From a bacterium (GTDB lineage Bacteria; Patescibacteriota; Minisyncoccia; Minisyncoccales; CG1-02-41-26): a stretch of DNA of 64,000 nucleotides. Made by a program: the position numbers and the translations under genes. Each line of letters starts with the position of its first letter. The stretch's first letter is position 1. The notes below the pieces were generated by a model that saw nothing but the letters and a program-made list of their open reading frames with translations, was not told the origin of the DNA and made no database searches. The stretch covers positions 24,404 through 88,403 of the forward strand of contig JAUSHZ010000007.1 of the NCBI GenBank assembly GCA_030648255.1. The letters are read 5' to 3'. This document shows positions 36,226-47,622 of this stretch, piece after piece.

Positions 36226-36552
36226 TTAAACTCCCAAATCCCTTTTCTTCTCCTCAAATTCTTTTTTATCTATTTCACCTTTCGCGTATCGTTCTTTCAA
36301 AATCTCAAGCGGAGATTTTTCATGCGCGCCATCGCTATGGTTGTGTCCGCACATATGACCCTTTCCAGAACCTCCTCTTATTAAAGCTATAATCCCCCAA
36401 ATTATGAGGCCCCAAAAAACCAGCATAAAAATCCAACCGAATCCGCCAAAAGGCGTAAATCCAAAATTCATCATACCTTGCGCAAGGGAGAAAGTCGGCA
36501 AAACAAAACTTAAAATAAAAATAAAAGTTGTGATAAAAAATATTTTTTTCAT
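36226..36552 (-). CDS. SHOCT-domain membrane protein
   Basis: C-terminal EILKERYAKGEIDKKEFEEKKRDL. Confidence 0.6.
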   Translation of the reverse strand: MKKIFFITTFIFILSFVLPTFSLAQGMMNFGFTPFGGFGWIFMLVFWGLIIWGIIALIRGGSGKGHMCGHNHSDGAHEKSPLEILKERYAKGEIDKKEFEEKKRDLGV

Positions 36553-36562
36553 AAATTTATTG

Positions 36563-36955
36563 TTATCTAAACCACTCCTTTAAACTTTTTGGAATTTCCA
36601 ACAGATATAAAAGCGCCAACGGCGCGCCGATATTGGCAAATCGTTCTACAAAGTCCCAAATGGGTTCTCCGGCTATTGGCCGAATAAGCGCGGTGGCAAA
36701 TGCCCAAAACGTCATCCAGAGCAAAGCTATTCTAACTGGTTTTATCAGAATTAAAATGGCAAGGGCTATATCTAAAGCGCCGATAAGCGGTAAAAGAGTA
36801 ACGGCGGTATCCGCCGAAATGCCCACCGAAGTAAAATAAGGAATCCAGCCTTGCTTTGCTTGCAAGCCAAATACGCCATGGCCGATAAACTCGCCAGCCA
36901 CGGCTACCCGCAGAATCCATTCAATTTTTTTAGAGTTTTCCATATTTTTATTCAA
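36563..36955 (-). CDS. DoxX-family membrane protein
   Basis: 130 aa, 4 TM. Confidence 0.55.
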   Translation of the reverse strand: MNKNMENSKKIEWILRVAVAGEFIGHGVFGLQAKQGWIPYFTSVGISADTAVTLLPLIGALDIALAILILIKPVRIALLWMTFWAFATALIRPIAGEPIWDFVERFANIGAPLALLYLLEIPKSLKEWFR

Positions 36956-37282
36956 TTAACCGAAAACTAAAACTTTATCCGAGTCCTCGACCATTTTTAG
37001 CAAGTCGGGCATCGTGGAAACAGGACACACCTTGCTTTCCTCTTTGCCACGAACTTTTAGACAAGTTCCGCAAGCATAAATTTCACCTTTTGACTCTTTA
37101 AACTCCGCCACTTTCATGGATATGTCAAAATTCTCGCTGTCTGGAATAATATCAAGTTCTGACCCCTCGTTCATTAAAAAAATTTTCACTTGATGGCTTG
37201 CTTTTAAAGCGGTAATTCCAAAACGAAATGTATTCCACACATGTTCAGGTTTATTTGATTGCAAGATAATACCGAGTTTCAT
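36956..37282 (-). CDS. DsrE/DsrF-like sulfur-relay family protein
   Basis: 108 aa, ACGTC motif. Confidence 0.55.
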   Translation of the reverse strand: MKLGIILQSNKPEHVWNTFRFGITALKASHQVKIFLMNEGSELDIIPDSENFDISMKVAEFKESKGEIYACGTCLKVRGKEESKVCPVSTMPDLLKMVEDSDKVLVFG

Positions 37283-37863
37283 AATTTAATATGTTGTTTT
37301 GATTCTTTTATAATTTTAACCGAAAAATATAAAACCAATCCAGCCATTCCCATTCCAACGATTATATCAGGCCACATAGAGTTGAAGTAGCCAACCAAAA
37401 TTCCAGCTCCAATAACGCTGATGTTTCCATACACATCATTTCTGGAGCAAATCCAGGCAGACTTCATATTTATGTTTTTATCTCTATATCTTGTTAGAAG
37501 GAAAAAACATACGACATTGGCTACAAGGGCCAAAATACCAATCAGCGTAATAGTTTGCGCCGATGGAACTACTGGATAAAACACTCTATAAAATGATTGC
37601 CAAAGAACATACAAACCTACTGTAAGCATTATAACACCTTTTATTAGAGACGCCCTCGCTTGGGTTTTATGGTTTTTAGATAAAACAAATAAACTAAGCC
37701 CGTACACAAACGCGTCCCCAAACATATCCAAAGAATCAGCGATCAATACATTAGAGTGAGCCACTATTCCGCTTGCCAATTCAGTAAAGAACATCCCGGC
37801 GTTGATAAAAAAAGCTACATAAAGCACCCACTTTATCCTCGGCTCTATATTACAGCAATCCAT
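37279..37863 (-). CDS. cation diffusion facilitator transporter (membrane domain only)
   Basis: HSNVLIADSLDMFGD. Confidence 0.7.
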   Translation of the reverse strand: MDCCNIEPRIKWVLYVAFFINAGMFFTELASGIVAHSNVLIADSLDMFGDAFVYGLSLFVLSKNHKTQARASLIKGVIMLTVGLYVLWQSFYRVFYPVVPSAQTITLIGILALVANVVCFFLLTRYRDKNINMKSAWICSRNDVYGNISVIGAGILVGYFNSMWPDIIVGMGMAGLVLYFSVKIIKESKQHIKL

Positions 37864-37867
37864 AATT

Positions 37868-38800
37868 TTAGAATATTATAAATTTTTTAATCTCGGTTCT
37901 GTAAACACGGTATGGCTTGGGCCCTACGAAAGCTTTGCCATTGATAAAAACTGTCGGGGTGCCATAGAGATGGGTTTTTTGCAGCTGTTCGAGCTGATAC
38001 TCTACTGCGTCAACGGTTTCTGAATTATTAAGGCATTGATTAATTTTATTTACATCAAACTCAAAATTATCCAAGATTCTTTCCATATAATCCTTGCCAT
38101 AAATTGCCACTTTATCTACTGTAAATAAATAATCGTTAAACTGCCAAAATCGTTCACCATATTCTTTATACACGCAATATCCAATCTCCGACAAGTAATT
38201 TGTGGTTTCTTTAGCGGGATAGTGGGCAAAAGTATAATTGGTTTTTTGTTCTTTCACTAATTTTTGAATATCGGGATATGCCTTTCGAGTATAGTCACAC
38301 TCATAACACCCTATTAAAACAACTGTATTTTTTGAACCGATATTTTTAGTTGGAAAACTTGATAAATCTACATTGTCAAGAGTTACATTTTCCTCTTTCT
38401 TTTCTACCTCCGGGCACTGAACGTTAATTTCAGTCACTTTATTGTTTTCGCCTTTTGGGTCAAAAGCGCAAAAACCGCTTTGGTTGAGGCCATTACAGCT
38501 GCCATAAAGATAATAATTATATCCGCCTTTTACCACCCAAAAAGTGCTGGCTACCATTAAGATAAGAAATGCCCAGGAAAAAACTTCAAAGTATTTATTG
38601 AAAATACGAGCGGCAAAAACAGACCTGTTTAACAGTCGGGCGACTAATTGACTTTTTATTTTTTCATTGAATCCGGTGTTGCACGGACGGAGTGTTACTC
38701 TTCTAAATACGCAGTCTAACGCCTCTTTAGCTAACACTCGGTGCGTAGCGCTGAAAATTCCGAGTATAGAAAATACAATCAAAGCTATAATACAAATCAT
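37868..38800 (-). CDS. membrane-anchored DsbA-family thiol:disulfide oxidoreductase
   Basis: CYEC active site, GTPTVFING. Confidence 0.7.
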   Translation of the reverse strand: MICIIALIVFSILGIFSATHRVLAKEALDCVFRRVTLRPCNTGFNEKIKSQLVARLLNRSVFAARIFNKYFEVFSWAFLILMVASTFWVVKGGYNYYLYGSCNGLNQSGFCAFDPKGENNKVTEINVQCPEVEKKEENVTLDNVDLSSFPTKNIGSKNTVVLIGCYECDYTRKAYPDIQKLVKEQKTNYTFAHYPAKETTNYLSEIGYCVYKEYGERFWQFNDYLFTVDKVAIYGKDYMERILDNFEFDVNKINQCLNNSETVDAVEYQLEQLQKTHLYGTPTVFINGKAFVGPKPYRVYRTEIKKFIIF

Positions 38801-40005
38801 AATATTTTAATTATTTTATTGAATGTTTCAATAAAAATTTTTGCCTCATCCATAGTATTATAAAAATACAAAGACACCCGAGCAGAATTTTTAATCTTTC
38901 TATCATTAAACCAAGAATGGACGCAATGCTGGCCAGACCTAATCATTACATTGGACATCTCATCTAGTATTAAAGTGGTCTGGTGCATATCCGTACCATC
39001 AATATAAAAAGAAATAATGCCCGACCTTAAAGCCGAATCGCTAGGGCCAATGATTTTAATTTTTGGAAATTTGCTTATTTCTTCGGTAATATAGCGATTT
39101 AGTTTCAACTCCTGCTCTCTTATATTATCAAATCCTATGGCTTCAAGGTACTTAATCGCCTCGCCAAGCCCTATAATTCCAGCGTAATCCTGAAGTCCGG
39201 CCTCAAATTTTTCTGGCGATTGCAACATTTTGTGGTCAGTATAAGTAGAATATTCTACTGTGTCTCCCCCAACCATAAATGGTTCTAATTTTTCAAGTAA
39301 GTTATATTTTCCATAAAAAACACCTGTGCCAGTCGGCCCCAACATTTTATGCCCAGAAAAAGCCATAAAATCAACATCTAAATCCCTTACATCAATTTTT
39401 TTATGCGGAGCGCTTTGCGCCGCATCCAAAAATACTAAAGCGCCATTTTCGTGGGCAATTTTAATAATTTCTTTAGCTGGAATTGTCGCGCCATCTAAAT
39501 TTGAAGTGTGAACCATTGACACCAATTTTACCCCCCTTACCAATTCTTTGTACTTTTCAAAATTAAAAACACTGTCGTCGTTTGATTTGACTATCTCATG
39601 ACGAATTCCTTTCTTCTTAATCAATACTTGCCACGGAATCAAATTGGAATTGTGCTCCTTGTCGGTAGTTAAAACCAAGTCCCCGTTTCTTAGATCTAAT
39701 GAGTTGGCTAACAAATTGATTCCTTCGGTGGTGTTTCTCGTAAAAACGATTTCTTGTTCGTCAGCGTTAATAAACCTGGCAACTGCCTGTCTCGCTCCTT
39801 TTATTTTCTTTGTAACCAATTCGCCTAGACGATGCGAACTTCTACCCGCACACGCTGGAAATTCAAAATAATATTCGTTCATCGCTTCAATAACCTGCCT
39901 CGGCTTCAAGCTCATACAAGAACTGTCAAAATAAATTATCTTTTTATCATTTATCTGCTTACTCAATAATGGAAAATCATTTTTAATTTTTTCGTAATTT
40001 AACAT
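38797..40005 (-). CDS. cysteine desulfurase (SufS/NifS class V aminotransferase)
   Basis: SGHKMLGPTGTG. Confidence 0.85.
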   Translation of the reverse strand: MLNYEKIKNDFPLLSKQINDKKIIYFDSSCMSLKPRQVIEAMNEYYFEFPACAGRSSHRLGELVTKKIKGARQAVARFINADEQEIVFTRNTTEGINLLANSLDLRNGDLVLTTDKEHNSNLIPWQVLIKKKGIRHEIVKSNDDSVFNFEKYKELVRGVKLVSMVHTSNLDGATIPAKEIIKIAHENGALVFLDAAQSAPHKKIDVRDLDVDFMAFSGHKMLGPTGTGVFYGKYNLLEKLEPFMVGGDTVEYSTYTDHKMLQSPEKFEAGLQDYAGIIGLGEAIKYLEAIGFDNIREQELKLNRYITEEISKFPKIKIIGPSDSALRSGIISFYIDGTDMHQTTLILDEMSNVMIRSGQHCVHSWFNDRKIKNSARVSLYFYNTMDEAKIFIETFNKIIKIL

Positions 40006-40017
40006 TTTTTACAGGAT

Positions 40018-42663
40018 TTAGCTCATTTTGCTCAAGCGAGCGAAGAGAAAGAAAATTAAAGTGAATATTATGGCCATGGCAAACGGGGCTACACTAGAAA
40101 GCCAGTTGCGTTTGTTTGGCTTAAAGCCACGCAAAAATAATGAATTAGAAACCACCGAAACCGAGCTCAAAGCCATAGCCAGGCCTGCCAATTCGGGTTT
40201 TAAAACAATGCCCAGCCCCACCAAAACTCGAGCCGCAATTGGAATGCCCATTACATTATAAAACAAAGCAAAAAACATATTTTGTTTTATTTTGCTCATT
40301 GTTTCTTTGCTTAACTGTATGGCAGTTAACACATCTCGCAAATCATCTTTGATTATCACAATGCCCCCTGCCTCCATTGCCACGTCTGTGCCACTGCCCA
40401 TAGCAATGCCCAAATCCGCTTGGGCTAAAGCTGGAGCGTCATTTATGCCATCTCCCACCATTGCCACTTTAATACCTGTATCTTGCAATTTTTTAATTTC
40501 ATTGGCTTTATCTTGAGGCAGAACTTCAGCTAAAACATTTTTTATGCCAGCCTGTTTAGCGATAGCTTGGGCTGTTCTTTGATTGTCCCCTGTTATCATA
40601 TAAACGGCTATGCCTCTTTTTTGTAATAAAGAAACTGTTTCTGCTGATGTTTCTTTAATAGTGTCAGCCACCGCCACCAATCCCAAAATTTCCTGGCTTG
40701 AAGCCAAGATCATTACGGTCTTTCCTTCTTCTTCTAAGCGTTTCATCTTTCTTTCGATGCCTTCCACTTTAAAGCCAGCGATATCCATAATTAACTTACG
40801 ATTGCCCAAATAATATTTATTAGCATTGATAACTCCCTCAACACCATGCCCGGGAATTGCTTTAAAATTACTTGCTTCTTTTATAGTAATTGCCTCTTCT
40901 CCTGCGTATTTAACAATGGCTTCAGCTAATGGATGTTCGGATAATTTTTCCAAGCTTGCTGCTATAGCGATAACTTCGTCTTCGTCAATTGAGGTAACTC
41001 CAACAATATCTGTAACCTCTGGCTTGCCTTTAGTTAAAGTGCCTGTTTTATCAAAGACAATCGCCCTTACTTTACAAGCCGCTTCCAATGGCTCCCCTCC
41101 TTTAATTAAAATACCGCTTTCAGCGCCCTTGCCAGTTCCTACCATAATAGCGGTTGGCGTGGCTAATCCCAAAGCACAAGGGCAGGCAATAACAATTACC
41201 GAAGTAAATGCCATTAAAGCAAAACTCAAGCTAGAACCTAATATAAAAAACCAAATTAAAAATGTTAAAACAGATATTCCCAAAACAATAGGCACAAACT
41301 TAGCGGAAATTTTATCAGCCACCGCCTGAATAGGGGCTTTAGAGCCTTGGGCGTCTTCAATTAAGCGGATAATTTGCGCTAACGCAGTTTCTTTGCCAAC
41401 TTTAGTGGCTTTAAATTCAAAACTGCCATTTTTGTTAATAGTGGCGCCAATAACCATATCCCCAATATTTTTTTCTTTGGGAATGCTCTCCCCTGTTAGC
41501 ATTGACTCGTCCACCGATGACTGGCCTTTAACAATAACACCGTCAACTGGAATTTTTTCACCCGGCCGAACCACCACAATATCCCCTGCCATTACTTGGT
41601 CCACTGGAATATCAACTGTTGAACTGCCACGAGTCACTCGAGCTGTTTTTGGCTGCAAGCCAACCAGCTTTTTAATGGCTTGAGAAGTTCTGCCTTTGGC
41701 TTTTGCCTCAAGAAACTTTCCTAAAGAAACAAAAGTAATTAAAAAAGCGGCTGTTTCAAAATAGAGTTCTGGTATTTTGGCGCCAGCCAATCCGATTACA
41801 GAATTATTTACAACAATATAATTAATAAACTGCCACAAGCTATAGAAAAAAGCGGTGCTGGTGCCAATGGCAATCAAACTATCCATATTAAAGGTTTTCA
41901 TTTTCAGCCCGCTCCAAAACCCTTTGTAAAATCCCTTGCCAATAATAAACTGGACAGGCAAAGTTAAAATTAAAGAAATAATGCCAATGTAGGGTAAAAA
42001 AGCAACGCCTCCCGGTAAGAACTTAAAAAAGTCCAAGAACATAAAGTAAAGCATTGGGGCAGACAACACTGCTCCCCAGATAAATTTCCTCCACAATGAT
42101 TTTATATGCTTTTCTTTGTTAGCGCTTTCTTCCTCTGTGTTTGCCTCCTCGTGTACAGATGCTTTATAGCCAGCTTTATTAACAGCAGAAATTAAATTTT
42201 CAACTGAAGAAACCGAGCTATCAAAAATAACCCGGGCTTTTTCCGCGGCAAAGTTAACCGAAGCGGTTTTAACCCCAGGCGTTTTTTTAATTGCTCTTTC
42301 AATAATACCTGCGCACGAAGCGCAATGCATTCCGCCTAAAATTAAGCTAATATGTTCTTCTCCTTTGCTTTTTGTTGAAGAGGAATCTGGCAATGAGTCG
42401 TGATGGGGCATTTGAGGTGGCTGCAGAACAACCCCAGAGCTAATATTTTGGGTTGATTTAACATCCCCAGAAAAAATACTGAACAACTGGCTAATTTTTG
42501 AAGAGTGAATTAAATTTTCAACAATTTTATCAATGTCTTCTCGGCCTTGGGGCACCTCAAACTCGCCTTTTTTATAATGCTTAACCTTACCTTCAAAATT
42601 TGGAATGTCATTTTTAGAAGAAAAGCTACCTTCTGCTTCCACCATTGACTCCACCTTCATTTT
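40018..42663 (-). CDS. copA: copper-translocating P1B-type ATPase
   Basis: [32 protein letters not shown]; start trimmed to MKVESMV after copZ stop. Confidence 0.9.
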   Translation of the reverse strand, partial: KMKVESMVEAEGSFSSKNDIPNFEGKVKHYKKGEFEVPQGREDIDKIVENLIHSSKISQLFSIFSGDVKSTQNISSGVVLQPPQMPHHDSLPDSSSTKSKGEEHISLILGGMHCASCAGIIERAIKKTPGVKTASVNFAAEKARVIFDSSVSSVENLISAVNKAGYKASVHEEANTEEESANKEKHIKSLWRKFIWGAVLSAPMLYFMFLDFFKFLPGGVAFLPYIGIISLILTLPVQFIIGKGFYKGFWSGLKMKTFNMDSLIAIGTSTAFFYSLWQFINYIVVNNSVIGLAGAKIPELYFETAAFLITFVSLGKFLEAKAKGRTSQAIKKLVGLQPKTARVTRGSSTVDIPVDQVMAGDIVVVRPGEKIPVDGVIVKGQSSVDESMLTGESIPKEKNIGDMVIGATINKNGSFEFKATKVGKETALAQIIRLIEDAQGSKAPIQAVADKISAKFVPIVLGISVLTFLIWFFILGSSLSFALMAFTSVIVIACPCALGLATPTAIMVGTGKGAESGILIKGGEPLEAACKVRAIVFDKTGTLTKGKPEVTDIVGVTSIDEDEVIAIAASLEKLSEHPLAEAIVKYAGEEAITIKEASNFKAIPGHGVEGVINANKYYLGNRKLIMDIAGFKVEGIERKMKRLEEEGKTVMILASSQEILGLVAVADTIKETSAETVSLLQKRGIAVYMITGDNQRTAQAIAKQAGIKNVLAEVLPQDKANEIKKLQDTGIKVAMVGDGINDAPALAQADLGIAMGSGTDVAMEAGGIVIIKDDLRDVLTAIQLSKETMSKIKQNMFFALFYNVMGIPIAARVLVGLGIVLKPELAGLAMALSSVSVVSNSLFLRGFKPNKRNWLSSVAPFAMAIIFTLIFFLFARLSKMS

Positions 42664-42676
42664 AAAAGGCGCGTCG

Positions 42677-42970
42677 CTATTTACCGTTTTTTTTTTCCAG
42701 AGAAATTTGCGACTCTTCATTGGCGCTGTTATTGCTATTGTTTTGATTGCCCTCTTCGTTGGCAATCTCTGCTTTATAGCCAGCTTTTTCTATTGTCTGT
42801 AAAACAGCTTGCTCGCTAACAAGACCGCTGTCTATTTCTAATTCCCCAACTCCAGATGTAGAATCTATTTTTATATTGCTTACCCCTGGCAATTCGCCAA
42901 GCTCCATAGTGATAATTTTTTCACAAGAAGCGCAGTGCATACCGCTAATTTTTAGAATTATTTTTTTCAT
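42677..42970 (-). CDS. copZ: CopZ-like heavy-metal-associated chaperone
   Basis: GMHCASCEK. Confidence 0.8.
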   Translation of the reverse strand: MKKIILKISGMHCASCEKIITMELGELPGVSNIKIDSTSGVGELEIDSGLVSEQAVLQTIEKAGYKAEIANEEGNQNNSNNSANEESQISLEKKNGK

Positions 42971-42983
42971 AAATTTTTTTTGT

Positions 42984-43211
42984 TTAAATCCATATCTTAA
43001 AATTTTGACCCAAAACCGCTAAAGCAAAATGAACGAGAAAGAACACTACTGCCAAATAAATAATCTTTTTGTGGTATTTTTGGGCTAAATTGAAAAATTT
43101 ATTTCTCGCCAGCCGTAAATTGCAACAGCAGCCCAAAAAGCTAAGAACGAAAAATATGCCTGTTAGCATGCCCGACCAATAAACCAAGCTTTTATCAAAG
43201 ATTGTTATCAT
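42984..43211 (-). CDS. small membrane protein with CCC motif
   Basis: ORF only. Confidence 0.35.
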   Translation of the reverse strand: MITIFDKSLVYWSGMLTGIFFVLSFLGCCCNLRLARNKFFNLAQKYHKKIIYLAVVFFLVHFALAVLGQNFKIWI

Positions 43212-43215
43212 TGCA

Positions 43216-43644
43216 TTATTTCACTATCAACTTGCCTTGCATGGCTCTATGCCCTTCCCCGCACATATTAGTACAGTACCAAGAAAATTCTCCAACCTGG
43301 TCTGCTGTAAATTCTAATACTTCATTACCGCTTATTCCCAAGTCCGGAATTCTCATCCCATGAAGGACATCTGTATTCTCTATATTAATTTTTATTTTTT
43401 CGCCCTTTGTTGCATTAATAACATTTGGCTCATAGCCAAACCGAAACGCTTTTATACTTACCTCTCTTGGTGGCTGTTCTTTTCCTTTTTGAACTTCTTG
43501 TTGAACTTCTACCGGCTTTTTTTCTAAAGCCAAGTTAGTATTGGCTGTCTTGGGGATATTTCCTTTTAAAAGTGATAAAAATGCTATTCCACCTATAAAA
43601 ATAATTCCCACCACAGCTGAAATAATTTTTTGATTTTTTGTCAT
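43216..43644 (-). CDS. cupredoxin-like copper-binding protein (CuA-type H..C..C..H..M site)
   Basis: HGMRIPD...WYCTNMCGEGHRAM. Confidence 0.65.
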   Translation of the reverse strand: MTKNQKIISAVVGIIFIGGIAFLSLLKGNIPKTANTNLALEKKPVEVQQEVQKGKEQPPREVSIKAFRFGYEPNVINATKGEKIKINIENTDVLHGMRIPDLGISGNEVLEFTADQVGEFSWYCTNMCGEGHRAMQGKLIVK

Positions 43645-43670
43645 ATGTTTTTTTTCTTTAAATGATTTGA

Positions 43671-44504
43671 TTAAAAAAGATTAGAAACTTGCTCAATATC
43701 GGCCTGTTCTATAATTATTTTACCATCTTGTAATTGTAAATTGGGGTTTATTGGCCCGGGATTGCACCCGCCCTTTTCTGTGGCGATTTTTTCTATAGGA
43801 TAGCGATTGCCACAATTATTGCAAACAATTTCATCTCCTTCTTGGCGGAATCCTTTTCGCTCTCCGAAACAAACTTGGCAAGCATCTGCGGCGGCTCGAT
43901 AAACTCCTTTCTTATCCTTAATCACAAAAAAACGAACTATCTTCCCATCAGGCATCTCCACATTATAAAAACGAGCTTTGTTATCATTAAATTGCGTGGC
44001 TTCCAACCTAATTTCTTTGTTCTCAAAAACCACTTTTTCGCCCTTTTGGCCAAAAAAAGATTTTTCTGTTTGAACTTGAACTGCAGGCAAAGAAACAGAT
44101 GTGGAGGACGGTTGATTTTCAGCTTGATAGCCATCGCCTACCGGGCAAGAAAGCAATTCTTTTATTTCATCAAAAGTTCTGTAGCCCTCATAAACTTTTT
44201 CATTAATAATAAAAGTGGGCACCCCTGTAAACTTATAGCGAACAGGGCCCACAGAGGCATTTATTTTATTTATCTTAATGCCTAACCCCTCTATTTTCTC
44301 CAATGTGCCCTCTGATTTTACTTTATTACACCATTCACAGCCGTCAAGATAGTAAAAAGTTATTTCTTTAATTGCGCAAATAGAAGAAGCATTGCCTCCT
44401 TGTTTTCCCTGCTCTCCTGGCTTGGCAAAAAGAAAATAACCAGCCATAGCAACTGCCACAGCCACAATAATAATGCTAATAATAAAATTTCGTTTTATTT
44501 TCAT
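43671..44504 (-). CDS. thioredoxin-like (CEWC) plus C-terminal Cys4 zinc-ribbon protein
   Basis: CEWC; CQVC..CNNC. Confidence 0.55.
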   Translation of the reverse strand: MKIKRNFIISIIIVAVAVAMAGYFLFAKPGEQGKQGGNASSICAIKEITFYYLDGCEWCNKVKSEGTLEKIEGLGIKINKINASVGPVRYKFTGVPTFIINEKVYEGYRTFDEIKELLSCPVGDGYQAENQPSSTSVSLPAVQVQTEKSFFGQKGEKVVFENKEIRLEATQFNDNKARFYNVEMPDGKIVRFFVIKDKKGVYRAAADACQVCFGERKGFRQEGDEIVCNNCGNRYPIEKIATEKGGCNPGPINPNLQLQDGKIIIEQADIEQVSNLF

Positions 44505-44507
44505 AAA

Positions 44508-45482
44508 TTATTTCAACAAACTATCAATGGCTTCTTTAAAGGTGGCGTAAGGCAATGCTCCGCTAATTAACTGACCATTTATAAAAGTAGCTGGCGTGCC
44601 ATCCACTCCTTTTTCTTGGCCTTCTTTGGCATCGGCTTGAACTTTTTGAGCGTATTTTCCAGAATCAAGACAGTTATTAAACTGGCTACTCTTTAAGCCC
44701 AAATCACTGGCCCATTTTTTGAAATTTTCAACGCTATAACTGCTCTGGTTTTCGAATAGTTTATCGTGATATTCCCAAAAGCCGTCTTGTTCGCTAGCAC
44801 ACTCTGACGCTTCAGCCGCTTTTTGAGCGTATTGATGAAAACCCAAAGGAAAATGCTTATAAACCAACCTTATTTCTTTTGGATATTCTTTTTGTAACTG
44901 CTTTAAAGTTTGATATTGCTTTTCGCAAAATGGACACTGAAAATCAGAAAATTCCACCAAAGTAATATTAGCATTTGAGTTGCCTCTAATATGGTCGTCT
45001 TTGGTAATAGTAAAGGTTTGTACTGTTTGGGCGTCTTGAATGATGCCCGCATCTTGAGCTTGTTTTTGAGGTAGATTGTTATTTTTTGCAGAATCCGCTT
45101 TTGCTTGCAAAGATGATTGCTTATACGAAACGCTAAAAAATATATTTAATAACAAAAAAACAGCTACCCCGCCCGCTAAAAGCCCTTTTAAAAAGGACTT
45201 GGAAAAAGTAGGCGTTGCATTTTGACCATCTGCTTTATCTTGGCCATCGCTATCGCCAAGTTCTTGGGCTTGATAATCTCCCGCTTTTTTAACAGCGTCA
45301 AAAATGCCTTGCTTTTGTATTTTTGTTTTATCATACATAACCAAGCCGGAATTGGATTCAAAATCAACTTTGGCCTCAATAACTCCATGCTGTTCTTTCA
45401 ATTCTTTAGTAATTAATTGAACGCAAGCATTACAGCTCATTCCTCTTATTTTAAAATTTATTTTATTCATATGATTTAGCAA
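44508..45482 (-). CDS. HMA domain fused to DsbA-family oxidoreductase
   Basis: GMSCNACV; CPFC. Confidence 0.7.
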   Translation of the reverse strand: MLNHMNKINFKIRGMSCNACVQLITKELKEQHGVIEAKVDFESNSGLVMYDKTKIQKQGIFDAVKKAGDYQAQELGDSDGQDKADGQNATPTFSKSFLKGLLAGGVAVFLLLNIFFSVSYKQSSLQAKADSAKNNNLPQKQAQDAGIIQDAQTVQTFTITKDDHIRGNSNANITLVEFSDFQCPFCEKQYQTLKQLQKEYPKEIRLVYKHFPLGFHQYAQKAAEASECASEQDGFWEYHDKLFENQSSYSVENFKKWASDLGLKSSQFNNCLDSGKYAQKVQADAKEGQEKGVDGTPATFINGQLISGALPYATFKEAIDSLLK

Positions 45483-45494
45483 TATAACCTTGAT

Positions 45495-47045
45495 TTATTT
45501 CCCGCCACAGCTACTACCACCTCCCCCCCCACAGCCACAGCCCTTAGCCCCAGACGGGACAACATCCGTATTATTTACAGCGATATTAGCATTACCGCTA
45601 TTTCCGCTTGGAGCTGAATTTACATCCACCACCTCCATAATCCCCGAAACCATTCCCATCCAGCAGGAAAATTTAAACTTTCCTGTTTTTTTAGGCGTAA
45701 ACTCTTTAACACTGGTTTGCCCGGGAGTTAAACCAATCTGCCCGCTAAATAAACTATTAGAGATAACCGCATTAGTACAACCGCTTGTGCCTTTGTCAGT
45801 AATTTCCCATCTAACTGGCACGCCAACCCTTACTTTAAAATAATTAGGACTATACCCCGAAGAAGAAGCGTCCATCTTTATCACCTGCTTGCCATCTACA
45901 ATTGCCGGCAAGCCCTCTTCGTTATTGCTATTATTATTTTGAGTTTTGTTGCTTGCTGATTGAGTTGTCTTGCCAAGAAAATCGCCAATACCCGAATAGC
46001 CCAAAACATTCATTTGGTTATTGGCATTAAATAGGGCAAAAAATAGAACCACCACTCCAGCTGTTTTCAAAAACCTTTCTGATAACTTCCTATTGTTTAC
46101 AAGCTTAGCGCTAGAAAGCCCAATAAACAACAAAACCGGCAAAGTTCCCAAAGCAAAGGCCAACATAATTAAACTGCCTTGTAAAAAACTCCCGGAAATT
46201 AAAGCCAAGCCCTGCGCGGTTATAGTGAACCCGCAAGGCAAAAAGAAAGTTAAAGCGCCCATTACAAGAGGCATATATTTGCCCTTAAAATTTTTCTCGT
46301 TAGCCACATAGCGAGTCATTGACTTTGGCATAGTTATCTGGAAACGCTGAAAAGCCTTAACCCCTATCATTTGCAAAGCCAAAAATAGCATTAAAACCGA
46401 AACCCCTAAAACCAAAAGAGCCGAAAAGCTGGGCGATAATTGCAGCTTGCTTCCAATAGCGCCTAATATGCCTCCCAATAAAGCGTACGAAACTAAACGG
46501 CCAGCATTAAACATTAAATGAGGAGTTGATTTTTGCTTGTTGCTTCCGCCTGCGTAGGCCTCATTCCATTGTTTGGACATAGAAAGCACTAAACCCCCAA
46601 CCAAGGCCGCACAAGTAGAAAGCCCAGCCAACAGCCCAAATAGCATAAAAGCTGGCAAGGAAGATTTCTCGCCCACATTAACCCATCTTGAAAGCCCTAA
46701 TTTATTTAAAAATAGAAACCCTAAAAATACGAACGCCCCTATCACAACAGCCATGATAATATTATAAGAGCTGTTAGAATTTTTTTCTTCCTCGCCACGC
46801 CGAACCCCCGCAGGGACGGAGACGGTTTTTTCTTTTTCCGAAAAAATATAACCGTCTTTTTCAAATAGCTTATTCAAATGATGGGCAGAGGGCTTTTCGC
46901 CTGTATATTCAACTAAAACCTCGCCCCTTTGGTTTGATGCCTCCACTGCTTCTATGTTTTTTTCTTCAAGTAATTTTTTCTCAATTAAAATTTCACAGCT
47001 CGCACAATGAGTTCCCTTAACGAAATATTTTTGTTCTTTTATCAT
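45495..47045 (-). CDS. HMA domain + CcdA/DsbD-like (TauE-like) membrane protein + cupredoxin-like C-domain with Cys/Gly-rich tail
   Basis: HCASCE; LSTCAAL; tail GCGCGGGGGSSCGG. Confidence 0.6.
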   Translation of the reverse strand: MIKEQKYFVKGTHCASCEILIEKKLLEEKNIEAVEASNQRGEVLVEYTGEKPSAHHLNKLFEKDGYIFSEKEKTVSVPAGVRRGEEEKNSNSSYNIIMAVVIGAFVFLGFLFLNKLGLSRWVNVGEKSSLPAFMLFGLLAGLSTCAALVGGLVLSMSKQWNEAYAGGSNKQKSTPHLMFNAGRLVSYALLGGILGAIGSKLQLSPSFSALLVLGVSVLMLFLALQMIGVKAFQRFQITMPKSMTRYVANEKNFKGKYMPLVMGALTFFLPCGFTITAQGLALISGSFLQGSLIMLAFALGTLPVLLFIGLSSAKLVNNRKLSERFLKTAGVVVLFFALFNANNQMNVLGYSGIGDFLGKTTQSASNKTQNNNSNNEEGLPAIVDGKQVIKMDASSSGYSPNYFKVRVGVPVRWEITDKGTSGCTNAVISNSLFSGQIGLTPGQTSVKEFTPKKTGKFKFSCWMGMVSGIMEVVDVNSAPSGNSGNANIAVNNTDVVPSGAKGCGCGGGGGSSCGGK

Positions 47046-47088
47046 ATGTTTTTAGCTTTAATAACATTATTACAACCAAAAACAAATT

Positions 47089-47622
47089 TTATTCCACACC
47101 ACAACTTCCTCCCGCTTGGCCGCCACCCCCAGAACAGCCACAGCTTGGCTGTGGTTTAGTTTCTTTAGGTAAAGAACAAATATGGCTAGTTGAGCAGCCA
47201 CAGCCACATTGATACAGCGGAGAAATAATTGGAATATTATTTACTTGGACATATTCCATTATTTTTTGGTGAAAAGGGGTTAAGAAAACCGCCAAGCTCA
47301 CCATGGCTATAGATATTAAAATAATCGTTAGGCCCAGCAATAAGGGCTTTTTATAAAAAGCAGGAAATTTTTTAGATAAAACCCAGGCCAGCACCACAAA
47401 TAAAGCGACTGCTAAAATTATGGCTATTAAAAAAGGAGAGTAGCCCTTTACCTTTAAAGCAAATCCAATAAAGCTGGTGCCAAAAACCGCAAAAACCATA
47501 GCAACGATTGCCAGAAAAAGCAAAGCAATCGCCTGAAAAACAAACAGTGCTTTGGGCTTCATTTTAACTTTGCCCGCTTTTATTTTCTCTATTACTTTTT
47601 GGGAAATATTATTTGTTTGCAT
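47089..47622 (-). CDS. anti-sigma-factor-like membrane protein with Cys/Gly-rich C-terminal tail
   Basis: overlaps sigma gene stop; CGCGCS..CGCSGGGGQAGGSCG. Confidence 0.5.
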   Translation of the reverse strand: MQTNNISQKVIEKIKAGKVKMKPKALFVFQAIALLFLAIVAMVFAVFGTSFIGFALKVKGYSPFLIAIILAVALFVVLAWVLSKKFPAFYKKPLLLGLTIILISIAMVSLAVFLTPFHQKIMEYVQVNNIPIISPLYQCGCGCSTSHICSLPKETKPQPSCGCSGGGGQAGGSCGVE

